Counted from the stretch's first letter, positions 35,498 to 48,594 are shown. The stretch is 64,000 bases of DNA from Octopus sinensis (GCF_006345805.1 NW_021836153.1:4642-68641); one strand, 5' to 3'. Program-made: numbers and translations. Notes: generated by a model from the letters alone, not told the origin.

Positions 35498-35809
35498 TGG
35501 AAGCATTTTTTTGAAAAAAAAAAAATGCATTTTTCAAGGAGAGGTGCAAAACTGCATTAACCCCCAATAAATGGATGAGAACTACTGCTATAATAAATAA
35601 ATCATCTGTGCGGGTTGTTTAGCAAGTAATTGCAGAACTCTTATCTGTCGTTTACGAGAGGAAAGTTTACGATAACTAGTGATGCATGAATATTCACCCA
35701 CCTTCGTGTAGGATATTAGGCCGATCAAGTAAGCCTGTTTACTCTTCAACGAGTTGGTCGTCGTGGAAGAATGAGTGGAACATATCTTCAAATCAAAGAC
35801 ATGGTTTGA

Positions 35810-36215
35810 GTCTTTTGTTTCAGTCAATAGACTGCGGCCACCTTGAAGAACTTTTTAGCTGAATGAATCGGCGCCAATACCTTTCTTTTTTTATATTTGA
35901 TCGGGTCTTTTTTGCTGAATCGTTAAATTGCGGGAACGTTATAAAAGCAACACCGGTTGTCAGCTGACCAAAACCTCGTGAGTGAATTTGGTTGATGGAA
36001 ACTGTGGAAGCCAGTGTATATGCATGTATCTTCGTGTCTGTCCCTCTCCACATCTTCTCATCTGGTGTTGGTTTGTTTACGCTGCAGTTCAGCAAAAGAG
36101 AACGATAGAATAAGTGCCAGGTTGAAAAAATAAGTATCGGTGTCCATTCATTTAACCAAATTCTTCAAGGCAGTGTCCATCATAGCCGCGGTCCAATGAT
36201 TGAAGCAAACAAAAA
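35810..36215. mobile_element. Two old SINE-A tails in inverted orientation
   Basis: Minus tail 35810-35965 (gtttcagtcaatagactgcggcc), plus tail 36035-36215 (gcaaaagagaacgatagaataagt). Confidence 0.6.
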
Positions 36216-36329
36216 GACGGATACTTGAACAAATACGTGTGTATGGAGTTAGTCTGGTTCTATAGGGCAAAGTTACAGGATAAGTGAGACGAAACTACGC
36301 TAATTCTGGATCCCATCTATTCCAGAAAA

Positions 36330-36960
36330 AATTTGCAAAAATGTTACAGGTGTTCAAATTTTGACAATTTCCAGAATTTTCAGCCAATCAAAACAGTGCG
36401 TTCGCTGTCTCTTATATCATCAGGGGGCGGGAGGAGGCATCGGCATGTCAAAACATTAAACTAAAAATTGTTGAGTGCGAGTTCCATCTGTTATGAAAAC
36501 AAACAATTGCAGAACAAGTGGTGGTTACACTTTGTGCGCATGCGCAGCATCTTTGGTTACTATGAAAACAGTTCTTCGCAATCAGCTATGGAACACGTGG
36601 TGCCTCTTTGATTTGGTAACTAATATATCTCTTTATTGCCCACAAGGGGCTAAACAAGTACAGACAAACGGATTAAGTCGATTACATCAACCCCAGCGCG
36701 AAACTGGTAGTTTATTTATCGACCCCAAAAGGATGAAAGGCAAAGTCGACCTCGGCGGAGTTTGAACTCAGAACGTAACGACAGACGAAATACCGCTAAG
36801 CATTTCGCCCGGCGCGCTAACGTGTCTGCCAGCTCGCCGCCCCTTTCTTTGGTAACTAATAGAAACAGACTTCTTCGCCACAGTGATGTCTAAAATACTC
36901 GCTTCTGATTGGCTAAAACCCAAATTTTGCAAATTTTAAAGGCTAATAACTTTTTAATCA
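36330..36960. mobile_element. DNA-transposon remnant with long imperfect inverted repeats, interrupted by SINE-B
   Basis: aaatttt...ttttcagccaatca mirrored by tgattggctaaaa...aaattttgcaaatttt; outer ends not defined. Confidence 0.45.
36626..36847 (-). mobile_element. Full-length SINE-B monomer with 14-bp TSD
   Basis: TTTGGTAACTAATA at 36612-36625 and 36848-36861; head ends gctcgccgcc. Confidence 0.95.
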
Positions 36961-37949
36961 TAGATTTATAGGGAAAAATGAGTTTCATTTTCGTAACTAG
37001 AATACAAAACTTAATCTATAAACCAAATTTGAAAACAACTGGAACAAAATCGTAGAGAGTGACAAAAACCACAAAATTCCGAAAAAAAAAAAAGAAAAGT
37101 TGGAGAATGATATAAAGTGTAAAAGAGGCAGAATAATCTAGATAATTGTAGACTAGTGCAGCTAACACCATTACATGGCACCGATGTATCCAGCCAGTAG
37201 TAATTATTTTGACCAGGTTTCATTGTCTGTAGCCAACACGGTGTCGTGATGTGCTGCTTGTCTTCTACCCTGTGCGTGTGTGTGTGTGTGTGTGTGTTCG
37301 GTCAGACCTACCAAGACACACTGTAAGACTCACAGTCACAAAACAGCATCAACACACCACCAATACCTCAACCACAATGAACACCACCACTACCAAGACT
37401 ACAACCACCAACGCTCTACGCCAATATATACACTGGCAAATTGCCATCATATCCCTCCCCCGTTCCTTTACTTGCCTCGCTCGCATTTGATCGTCTCACC
37501 ACATTGTCAACTGTTGCATATGTACCCCGACGACCACACCACGTCACCTGGTCGTAATTACCGCCACCGCCGCCGCCACGACTGCTAGTAGAATTGTTAT
37601 TGTAGTGACTGCTACTACATGTTTTAAGAGGTTCTAAGTAGCTACTTAAACACAATTACACAGTTTCACCTGTCTCTCTACCTGGCTGGTTGAATGGCTG
37701 CGTCACTACACACACTCTCTCTCTCTCTCTCTCTCTCTCTCATACACACACATATTTACATACTTCCACACAAGAGTTGTGCGGAGTATTTATGAGTGTG
37801 TAGTTATGGGCACACACACAAACACAGACAGATAGATATACACATTTAGACAAATAGATAGACAACCGGATAGTCAGACACATTTACAAACGGACAGACA
37901 TGTGCGCACGCACACACAAACACTATTTTTTTTTTTTTAATTATTATTC

Positions 37950-38150
37950 GTACCGGACGAAATGTTTAGTGGTATTTCGCCCGTCACTACGTTCTGAGTT
38001 CAAATTCTGACGAGGTCGACTTTACCTTTCATCCTTTTGGGGTCGATAAATTAAGTACCAGTTACACACTGGGGCCAACGTAATCGATTATCCTCCTTCC
38101 CCCTAATTTCAGGCCTTGTGCCTATAGTACAAAGGATTATTATTATTATT
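37950..38150 (+). mobile_element. SINE family B with ATT tail
   Basis: ctgagttcaaattctgacgaggtcgac...caggccttgtgcctatagtacaaaggattattatt. Confidence 0.9.
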
Positions 38151-38312
38151 GAGAGGGAGCAGTGAATACCATCAAAGTGACACTGCGATAAAACATACGA
38201 AGCCCAGTATACCCATCATGACTACCCGTGTGATAAGGGTACACCAGGCACATACATCACAAACATATGTGAGCGACATGGTGATCTCATATCAAGATAA
38301 ACACTGCGTGAT
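38150..38312. mobile_element. Family D fragment, opposite orientation to 11471
   Basis: ccatcaaagtgacac...atacgaagcccagtata...ggtgatctcatatcaagataaac. Confidence 0.8.
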
Positions 38313-38564
38313 CATCATCATCATCATCATTATTATTATTATTATTTGATTCGGCCTCGTGCAACTTAAAGTTTCGTAGGTTCGAGTTGCATGGGGGCAA
38401 ATCAAAACTATTTCAAATAATAATATATGTAACTCCTACTAAATGTGTGAAGTGCCCCTTCCGATTGTCCACTTGTGTGCGTACATACATAAATATACAC
38501 ACACACTGTTTTATATATAAATATATGCATGTATACCTACATATATATGTATATAAACATGCAT

Positions 38565-38755
38565 ATATGGGTACAGGATATAAAAAAAAACGTCAACAAA
38601 ATGAGAAACGAGAACATAAAAAACAAAAACATAGAAAACGAACTTTTTTTTCGAACAACGAAAGAAATGGAGAAACAAGACAGGCAACATAAAGAACATT
38701 CTCTTCATCAGTTGTCCCCTGTTTATCTACTCTGCATTTCGAAGGTAGGGACTGT
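38565..38755. mobile_element. Dispersed repeat family G
   Basis: atatgggtacagga...atgagaaacgagaacataaaaaa...cttcatcagttgtccc, shared with 56805-56920. Confidence 0.7.
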
Positions 38756-38758
38756 GTA

Positions 38759-38800
<42 letters not shown>

Positions 38801-39007
38801 ATATAGGAAGTGTATGGGTTTTATATCCATGCAAGGCTGTAATGTATTTTACACGTTACCATGTAGCACACATTGCAACATGTTTCCATGGTCGGATCGT
38901 CGTTGGTTAAACTGCTAATTCCACTCCATCATGCTTGCTTGCTACAAAGGAGTTACTACTATAAACCCAACAGGATAAAAGCAAAACCGTGTTACAGAAA
39001 ACGGGGG

Positions 39008-39070
39008 TCTCCCGTCTCATGTCCCCAGCACGCTATTTAGCAAGAGTATGCGGGGACATGATGTGCGGGG
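39008..39070 (+). ncRNA. Pre-miRNA-like hairpin candidate
   Basis: Perfect CATGTCCCC/GGGGACATG core with further pairing both ways, roughly 25 bp including G-U pairs, in non-repetitive sequence. Confidence 0.25.
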
Positions 39071-39621
39071 GTGGTGTCAGACAACTAGGAGTGATGAGTA
39101 AAATCGGATTCTCTAACTGTGGCGAAGGAAGCTTATCTAGAAGGGGAGTAGGTCACTTCGAATAGAAACCTGATCGGTTAACTATTTGTATCTAATAATC
39201 CTGACAGCTGCTGTCCTTTCAGTGATGATGTATATGACCAAGTAAGGCAGTGTGGAGTGATGTATAAGCCAAGTCTTCCTTCTCTTATCGATATCTTAAA
39301 TTGTTGGTCGCCATAGATCATCCCCTTAATAGCGCTGAACTTAAAAATACCCCACATCATTTGGGTGAGTTCAGTTGGACTAAAATGTCACATTCCCAAT
39401 GCGACCCATTAATAAATGATGAGGAGGCGCCGACAGTGAAAGCGAGCAAGAAGCCGTAATCAGATTCCACAGTAAGCGTTGTCTTCTTCGTAAAAGGTAA
39501 CATGCTTGGGAATAGGTCTATCTGCAGATATGAAGATGGCGCTTGTAGACCATCACATTCGGCTGACGTCCTGTCAACATAAGTGTGTGTGTGTGTGTAA
39601 TTAAACAAAATAATATATATA

Positions 39622-40007
39622 TCTTTATATATAAAAGAGAAGTTGTGTGTCTGTCTCCTACGATTTAGATTCCTAACTACTCCCACATTTTGCGGTGCAG
39701 TTTAACCAAAACCGGGTATCTTATAGTCGTGATTCATATCGAGCCCTTCTGGGTATTAGCGTGCGTCTACGATTAAAAACAAAATTTACCATCAATTTTT
39801 CCCATTTTTTAATGCATTTTTGGCATATATAAGGGAAGTAACTCTCTAAAAATTTATTATTAAATCTCAGAACGTAAAAAGCTACAGTAACACCCCCTTC
39901 CAATTGTGGTTAGCCATATTGAGATGGCTATTATACTTTACATCTCTAAAAATGCTTATATAGTTATTTCCCTTACAAACCCGAGCAACGCCGGGCGATA
40001 CTGCTAG
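39622..40007 (+). mobile_element. Non-autonomous Helitron, 386 bp
   Basis: A|TCtttatatataaaagag 5' end; CCCGAGCAACGCCGGG hairpin; CTAG|T in (TA)n. Confidence 0.9.
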
Positions 40008-40853
40008 TATATATATATATAATTAAACAAAATAGTAGTGAGAGATGAAATGCTTATTTCCATTTGTTGACAGCTGTTTCGTAATCTGTACCGTAATTAG
40101 TGCCCATGTCTATGTTCTGTCTGTAACATAGCGATGTTATAAACAAACATTACTACAAGAAGTACAGGAGTCGATGTGATCGGCTAAGAGCCTCCAGATG
40201 ACCACAGTCGAATCACTGAACCCATGAAAAGACTGTACCTTGTATATCCGTGTCTCTGATTACGTAAAACTCATACCGTTTCAAAACAGGTAACTAAGTG
40301 GGTCCTGAAACAGACACTGATAAAATAAGTCACAAACTGAAATAAGTGTAATAAAGTATAAGTTTTGAAGGTTATGCTCCTAAAATAAAGAATGTAGACA
40401 CATACACACACACACACATATGTTGTTTCATATATATACACACAGAGATATATGGTTGGGGTACCTATGCAACTTCAGGGAAGCCATCTAGACACCTCAT
40501 TGCTATTAGTTTTTGCAACTCCTAACATTCATTTTCTCTTTCTCTCCCCTTCCCCTACGAGGTAATGAGTAAGCTCATCAGACCCTCTAAAAGGACCTAC
40601 ACTACATGCTCCTTTCCATAGTTCAATCCCTCGTCCACAAGCAAGACGCTGGCAACCACACCAGCCCTCAACTCCAGGGCTTGTCGTTCTGCCAACTTCA
40701 CGGCAACCTCAATAATGCAGGTTGCACGGAAGAAAAATCTCCAGTCCCCGCTGTAAAATGGTTGGTGTTATAGGAAGGGTATCCAGTCGTAGAAACCATT
40801 AGAACATGATGCAAGCACTTGGACCCATTGGATCTTGTCAAACTGTCCAATCT

Positions 40854-41030
40854 GGTGAGTTTACGTGCCCGGAGCTTATTCTCTCGGTCTCTTTAGCCGA
40901 ACCGCTATGTACCGGGCTTTAAAAAACAAACAAGAACTGGGATCGATTTCCTCCGACAAAAAATTCTTCAAGGTGGTGCCCCAGCATGGCCGCAGTCAAA
41001 ATGACTGAAACAAATAAAAGAATAAAAGAA
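40854..41030 (+). mobile_element. SINE-A tail with internal 40-bp inversion
   Basis: 40872-40911 reads cttattctctcggtctctttagccgaaccgcta (minus orientation) between plus-oriented flanks. Confidence 0.8.
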
Positions 41031-41424
41031 TATGTACACGCGCGCGTGCATGCATGCTTACACACACGACTAGTAAAGAGAAAATGTCGGCTAAATACCG
41101 AAATTTTCAGCAGTCGCCATCATTATTCACAGAAATGAGATAATGAAAGAATTAGAAAGACTTCTTAGCCATTATCTCTACAACAACAACAACAGCAACG
41201 CCAACTACTGCTTCTACTACTACTACAGTAATGGCAAAAACTGTAACAACCACTTAGTAATAACAAAAGCGGTGACTATATATAAGATAAACAACAAGTT
41301 TATAGTGCATGACGTGTAATGTGCGTGTGTGTATATGTCAACATATACGTTCCATAACACAATATGTGTGTAAGTATATGTACATTATGTGTATAGATAT
41401 ATGTAATGTGTATTGTACGTGCTC

Positions 41425-41456
<32 letters not shown>

Positions 41457-41919
41457 TGTGCGATGTGCGCGTAGTTTTCCTTTCTATAATAATTCTATAT
41501 AATGCTTATGAGTGCCGTGATAAGAAAACATTTCACAAATAGCATATTCAAGAACAGGTGGGGGGTGGACTAGATAGACAGATAGAGGGCCAGTAATTTA
41601 CGGCCAAGGTCAGGCACAGAGAGAGAGAGAGAGAGAGAGAAACACAGGGTTTGTTAGTTGGATCCTTCTTACACGTCCATCGGCTTGAATGTCGTCCACA
41701 AGTCTCACAAGATTTAGATTAATCCACGGCTAAGGTAAGATGAACATCACTTTTCCCAAGATGCCGAACAGTAGGATTGAACCAGAAAACTTATGACTGG
41801 ACAACGAATCTACGGTGTTTGTCACACACACACATTCATTCTGGAGACAACGAGTTACACACACGTGGGCAAAACACACGCGCACAAAGTTTCAGTGAAG
41901 CGAGAAGCCCCGACGTGGT

Positions 41920-42090
41920 AGCTACAAGAAATAGCAGCCAAATCTCCATCAGCTCGCACCTAAACGACTTCTATAACAAAAGGATGCATTGTGTAACGTA
42001 TTCCTCGATATATCCTAAAATGGCGTATTGGACACGGCCAGAAAGTCTTTGCTCATACCTCTGCTGAAACAGTATTGACCTGGACTTAAG
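41920..42090 (+). mobile_element. Dispersed repeat family E
   Basis: gctacaagaaatagcagccaaatctcc...gacctggacttaagcaacaac. Confidence 0.6.
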
Positions 42091-42288
42091 CAACAACACG
42101 AACGAACTGAATTAGGTAGAGAATAAGAAGAGACTGCAGCAACAGAGGATAGCTACCACTAAGAATCATGGAGAGCGTCAGTGAGGTCAGGAGTGGGAAG
42201 CTTAACATTTTGGACTGAAGCTCTCCATCGGAATACAGAAAAAATATCGCAGGGTCTGTAGGCTGTATATCAAACTGAGCCTATAGGT

Positions 42289-42588
42289 CGTTGGTTCTCA
42301 ACCGGGGTCTATATAAGATTGGAGGGGGGGGGACAAACAAAATAATCAGCTGGGAATGCACAGTAATATATTAAGGGTTCATGAAAAAAAATTTTGTTTT
42401 AGATGAATTTATTGAAAGAAACAGCTAGGTTTCTTTCTCGAACACTTTACATAATTTGAACTATGTTAGGGTGTGAAAAGCAAAGTAGCAATTTTGAAAG
42501 GAGTATCTATACATTGAATGGCTATAAGGGTCCACCAGAATAAAATAGTAATCGAAGGGGTCGAAAAGTAAACTGTTGTAGACGACTG
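42289..42588. mobile_element. hAT-like MITE, about 300 bp, diverged
   Basis: Left end cgttggttctcaacc resembles the CAGTGGTTCTCAAC TIR type; degenerate right end gttgtagacgactg; no clean 8-bp TSD. Confidence 0.5.
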
Positions 42589-44434
42589 TACGTCAGACCA
42601 TTGGTGCCTATAGGTTTTATGCCAAGCCAAAAGCACGTAGGGTACAAGTCAGTCAATGGGACTGGCTGTTGGCTATGGTGGAAGACAACAACAGTTCAAA
42701 CTTGACACTTTGCTTGCCTCACCACAAACAAGTAAATAAACAGACCGCCAGAAGTAGATAGGAAGATGTAATTTGACAAACGGACATAGAAGAGACCGGA
42801 CACAGAGCAGACAGACAGGCAAGCAAATATACGTAACATGGATGAAGAAGACAGACATGCAGAAGGCAGTAGTAGTAGTAGTAAGGACTTACCTTTAGTT
42901 ATTGCCGCTAAATGTAAATACAGCAGAAGTAATAATCCAAAACCTTTATCCATCAGTTAATCCAGTAATCCAGAGAGGGACAGACAGACACGTTATTGTT
43001 TATTATAGTTTTGTTTATTTTTGTTTCAATTTATTTGTATGTGGGTGGAAAGGGTGTATCTGTCTCCCAGCACACCCATCCACCCGCTTACTCCACTCAC
43101 CCAATCACGCAGCTAGCCACAGTACCCCTTTCCGGGCACCACTAGCTCCCACAACGGTGAACAAAAGTTTTTAGTGTGACCTCGCTAAACAATGCAGCAC
43201 GTGGGGCCAAGAGAGGTGGAGTTAAGGTAGGAGAGGTCCGAGACTGTTGGGGGGTGGGGGCGTGTAAAATATGTTGTTCTGGATTTGGGGTTAAACCACC
43301 TGAAATGACGGCTATTATAATGATGATGATGATGTTGATGATGACGCAGTGAAGGAAAGAGAAGAGGGTAACTGGGAGCTGTATGAAGTTTTCTTAGATG
43401 GGTGACGTGGAAGGAAGCGGTGTAGCGGGGTTGATAGCTCTTGTACAAGAAATTGTGATTATAAAAGTAGGGAAGCGAGATAATGTATTTTTTAAAGGAG
43501 ATTTTGCTTCTATTCTTCCCAATAATACTACTGGTGGTGTTGTTGCCACTCCTTCAGTTAATCCCAACTGAAAACTTTTAAAACTTCCAAAACAAAATGT
43601 CTGCTGCCACCAATTTGCGATCAGTTAGTATAGTGGCTAGTGTATAGTACAATAGTAGCAACGGTGTGCTGTTGGTAGTAGTGATGAAATGTGGTGTAGT
43701 GAAGTAGTCTGATTAAAAGATTAAATATAGGTAGACAGATCGATGCATAACCTATCTACAAAACAAAAATTACGTGACAATCATATGAGTAGTGAACGCC
43801 ACGGGTGGAAATCAAGACCATAGGACAAAGAAAAATGACAAAAAAGTAACACCTTGATGGTGCTGGTGATGGGAAGTGAGAAGGAGAGAAGTCTTTATTA
43901 TTGTATGTTTGTTCTAATCAGGCTGTAGGGCTGTGGGTAACCATGGCTTGATAGACAGTCTATAACAAGGGTCAGGTGAAAGTTGAGGTGAAAGTCCGAC
44001 ACCAAACTGATGAATAATGTCCGTTAATGAGAAGCTTCTGTTTCTTTCTTCAATGGAGCTTGACCCGTTCTTCTGTTGGTGTAGTTGTTGTTGATGATGA
44101 TGATGATGTTGTTGTTCTCGTTGATGCTGGGGTATATCGAACTGGTGTGATAACCCCACCCATGAACACACCAACTGACATACTGAAGACAAAAAGAAAG
44201 AAAAGACAATGTTATAACAAATAAAACAATAGACACATATGCACATACATATTCAAAGATATACATGCGCGCGCAGACACACAGACGCATATCCGCGTTG
44301 GGCGATACGCTGTGCTAGACCCGTCCTTGTTTTTTCCTGCCCTCTTTTGTATCGTCTAACTGTCCGAATGTTTTGTGGTCACTTGTTACGTTCTTGTTCC
44401 ATTTGTTGTTATATATATATTGTTCCATTTGTTG

Positions 44435-44471
<37 letters not shown>

Positions 44472-44614
44472 CTATCAGAAAGGAACTCTATCTCTCTTAA
44501 AAAAATATCTTTTGATAAGCATAACAAATGCGCAACCGGTAAAAAAGAGCTTTCACCTAATTAAATACACTCTCCTTACTTAAATTATTTTGTCAGCATT
44601 TTCTTCATTTCCTT

Positions 44615-44671
<57 letters not shown>

Positions 44672-45709
44672 TCCGTGCAGTACGGAATTTTGTCAGTGAA
44701 CAGGTCGCAGTCTCAAAGCAACGACAAATTAAATTTAAATGTTAACGGTTTTTGTGTGTTTCTTAAACAGCTTATAAACACCTTCCACGCTGCAATTGTT
44801 TTCGTTCCAGCACACGATTTCAGATCAGATCACTTGCTATGCAAGTACATCTCCGTAATATATATATATATCGAAGTATTGAATAAGCAAATTGCGTTTA
44901 TTGCTTAGTTTCATAATTGTTTCGTTTATTTTCATTATAACCAGTTTTGCGTCTTATCAACACTTATTACCGATATATTTCCGTGCACTATGCAATTTTT
45001 CCTTTGTGGTGCATGGCAGAATCAGCTTCTCACAACAACACAAAAACCAATAAGTGACGGAAACGTACAAATGTATCGAGTGAACACGTAAGTGCATGAC
45101 TTGTAGAAGTGCACACGTATTTCCTCAAAAGTATAAACGAAAAAACTATTGTTGAAGAACAGAATTTTAGTTTCAGCCAAGAAGAGAGATCAATTTTATG
45201 GTTCCAGTTATTAAGGCTTCATCAGAGATCAGTTTCTTATTCCTGTTCAGAGAGTATAGTAATTTACAACTATTTATGGCGAAGGAAACTGGTGTGTAAT
45301 TTGCATAACAATGCTTACATCGGCAATACTTTTACTCAATTATACATTAGTACATTCATTAACGACTAGTATTAATTAACTAAACTGCTGAGACAGCGAG
45401 CACATCAATTGTAAATGTTTCTCATTGTATTTTCTTTAGTAGCTGTAAACTAGTAAATCGTTCTCTGAAGAATGAACGAATTCAAATATTCGTAAGCTAA
45501 ATGTATATTTATGAAATATATCCATGTATGTTTATTCACAACATATAAACACACAGACACTGGACGAGAACTTTAGCTATTTAATATATGCAAGTACAAA
45601 TATATACGCATGTATATATGTACACATATACATACTCCCATCATACTAAGATCTACATAATCAACTAATACCGTAAGCAAATTACACAAACACACACACA
45701 CACACACGA

Positions 45710-45850
45710 CGTGGGTGCTGAAAAGTTCCTGGCTTTAAGGGTGTCGCGAAAGGCCTGTTTGGCGGCCCAACCTTCCGAATTCTTTTACAGGGCTTAGAAA
45801 AACTGAAGGACCGCTGCAATAAGTGTGTGAATAAAATCATAATTAACGTA
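45710..45850 (+). mobile_element. mariner-derived deletion element
   Basis: cgtgggtgctgaaaagttcctgg TIR-type end; 45791-45832 encodes GLEKLKDRCNKCVN, like the mariner transposase C-terminal GI.KL..RW.KC motif. Confidence 0.7.
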
Positions 45851-45914
45851 TCCAACTGTGTATGTGTGGCATATATATATGTACATATCTTTATATATAT
45901 ATATACATGTCCAC

Positions 45915-46320
45915 TATTCGCTCGTTTCAATCATTAGACTACAGCCATGCTCAGACTCAGCCTTGAAGGATTTAGTTGAAAATTTTTAAATCTTGATGTT
46001 TAGTACTTATTTGATAGATCTCCTTTGGTGCAGCGCTAATGTTATGGGGTCGTAAACAAACGAACACCAGTTATCATATGGTGGTGGAAGGGACAAACAC
46101 AAAGAACAACTTGTGCGTGTGTGGTGTGCACGCGTGTGTGAGTGAGTGTGTGTGTGTGCGTGTTTGTATACACACGACGGGCTTCTTTCAGTCTCCATTA
46201 GCCAAATCCACTCGCAATGGCTTTGGTCGATCCAAGGCACTGGACCCAAGGTGCTACTACGTAGTAACACTGAACCCGAAACCTTGAGGTTGAGAAATTC
46301 TACGCCTACCTTACCACACA
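45915..46320 (-). mobile_element. Old full-length SINE family A
   Basis: Diverged tail, TG run, head with gacgggcttctttcag...ttaccacac. Confidence 0.7.
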
Positions 46321-46781
46321 CACACACACACACACACACGATCAAATATATATAGAGCGTGCATTTCAATAATTAAACATGAATATATACAACTACATGT
46401 ACATTGTACACACTCTCGCTCACACACACACGACTAAACAATCATATATCTTCATCACGTTAAGTAGTTGCTAGCGTTGACAGCCATCTTATCTGTGTGT
46501 CTACTTCGAAAGTGGACAGCCGTCGGTGTCTTGCGACATCTGTCTGTTCTTTGCCCCAATCATAACCGGCCGCCGCCATTACTCGAGTCGCTGTTGTTGT
46601 CGTTATTGATTCCTCTTAATGTAATATTGATTAAAACAACCTAATCTTCAGTGTATAAGGCTTTACGTGCGTGTGTCTTTTTAGCGAAGCGAGTGTAGTA
46701 CGTCGTCAATACGTCTACGTACGCGCTGATGGTGAACGAACGCACACGCACTCGTACATATATACACAAATATATATATAC

Positions 46782-46818
<37 letters not shown>

Positions 46819-47214
46819 TATATATATATATATATGATTATACACACACATATATATATTTAGATACACACACACACACACATATATATATATATGATTA
46901 TACACACACACACACACACATTATACACATACATACATGTATGTGTGTATTCTTTTATTTTTACTCGTTTCAGTCATTTGAGTGTGGCCATGCTGGAGCA
47001 TGGCCGTTGGTCCAACAAATCGACTCCAGGACTTGTTTGTTTTGTCCATCCAAGATTTATTACCATGTGTGTGTGTGTACAAATGTGTATATGTCTACAT
47101 CAGTATATGTTAATTGGCTAAAGTCTTGACCCTGTATATATGTCTATGTATGTATGCGTGATTCACATTCAGGATATATTTTATAGGAATACAAATTAAT
47201 ACCAGAGTTCAATG

Positions 47215-47315
47215 GGTTCTTTTATGTTTACGGAACCCCAACTACGTTAGCCTCAAATGGGATTTGGTTCTTTTATGTTACGGAACTCCGACTACGTTAG
47301 CTTCAAATGGGATTT
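47215..47315. repeat. 50/51-bp tandem duplication
   Basis: ggttcttttatgtt(t)acggaac...actacgttagc(c/t)tcaaatgggattt twice. Confidence 0.9.
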
Positions 47316-48068
47316 GAGCTCAAACATAATGGACTAAATTACTAAATTACCACTAGTCATTTTATCCGACATTCTAACGATTTTTTCACTCCGGTGCTCT
47401 AGTTATTGTTTATGCCCCAGGACACGGTGGAAAGTGTTCCAACCGTGAACAACCCGAATTTTGGTGTATCCAAGCCTACACTAGGCACTAAATGCAGTGT
47501 AATTTCGTTGAGTTTGGGCTCCATTTCACACACACAAAGTAAATTCAAAAGCAAGAAGAACGGCTAGTAAAATCTGCAATACGGTTTCAATCCACAGCCA
47601 GTTGTAATCAGCTCGTTTCATTTTGACGTTGATTCATTTGACAAGGCGTGAATGTCACAATCACTCATTCCATTATTATACCTACCAAATCAATGAAGTG
47701 ATGTCAACATGTGTCTGCCATATTTTGGTGTAAAGTAGAAAATGAGACTGTGGGGCGTTTATGCCTTTCCAAAACGAAGAGCAATCGTTCAGTGGAAACT
47801 CTATCATGAACGGTAACACAACTCGCTCGTAACTTAACAGAACTGTGCATATTTCATTTGAGAGAGAGAGAGTGTGTGTGTGTGTGTGTGAGCATACATA
47901 AACTTATGTGTGTGTCTATAGATGTATATGTTGTGTACATATATATATATATATATATACTTGTATGTGCATGTATGTTGTATATAACTATATATATATA
48001 TGCACATGCAAGTGTGTGTGTGTGTGTGTGTGTGCGTGTACATGAACCTGTATGTGTCTATAGATGTA

Positions 48069-48115
<47 letters not shown>

Positions 48116-48594
48116 ACATACACATACAGCGTGTGTGTGTGTCACACATACAATGCGCATACACACACACATAATCAAGAAGGCCAAGTCGTGTGTGCGG
48201 ATAAGGAGTTGGCTTCGCAATGACCACATGGAGTTGTGGTCATCTCAAGGTCATCTAACCTAGAGTTGAACAATCCCCTTGTTAAAGCTACCTGGTCGAC
48301 AGAAGCTGTAAGTATACCGGTGCAAAACGGTGGGGCAAGTTACCTTCTAAGTGAAAAGGAAACTTATCATTCGGTAGTACATGTATTGATATGATCGAAT
48401 AAAAATCTTTGAACACAATGTCATGGCGAAACTGCAGGTTAATTGACTGGAATCTATCAATGAATATTACATATCGATTAATTTGAGTCTTTAATCTGCG
48501 TGCATATGTGTACGTGTGGGTAGGATGAATGTGTGTGCGCATATATATATATATATATACGTAGAGAGATACATGTACATACATGTATACATAT

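Noticed and set aside
33070-38750. Family G copies (33077, 38704, also 56905) with GAAA...CTGATGA on the minus strand as type-II hammerheads
   Set aside because: Stems I and III and the NUH site cannot be built, and stem II would be mostly G-U. A consensus of many copies should be re-tested.
39223-39370. Plus-strand exon between tttcag and TGG|GTGAGT
   Set aside because: All three frames contain stops, and there is no other support.
44671-45000. ttccgtgca.ta.g.aatttt repeated about 308 bp apart
   Set aside because: Short, diverged match with no definable element ends or TSD.
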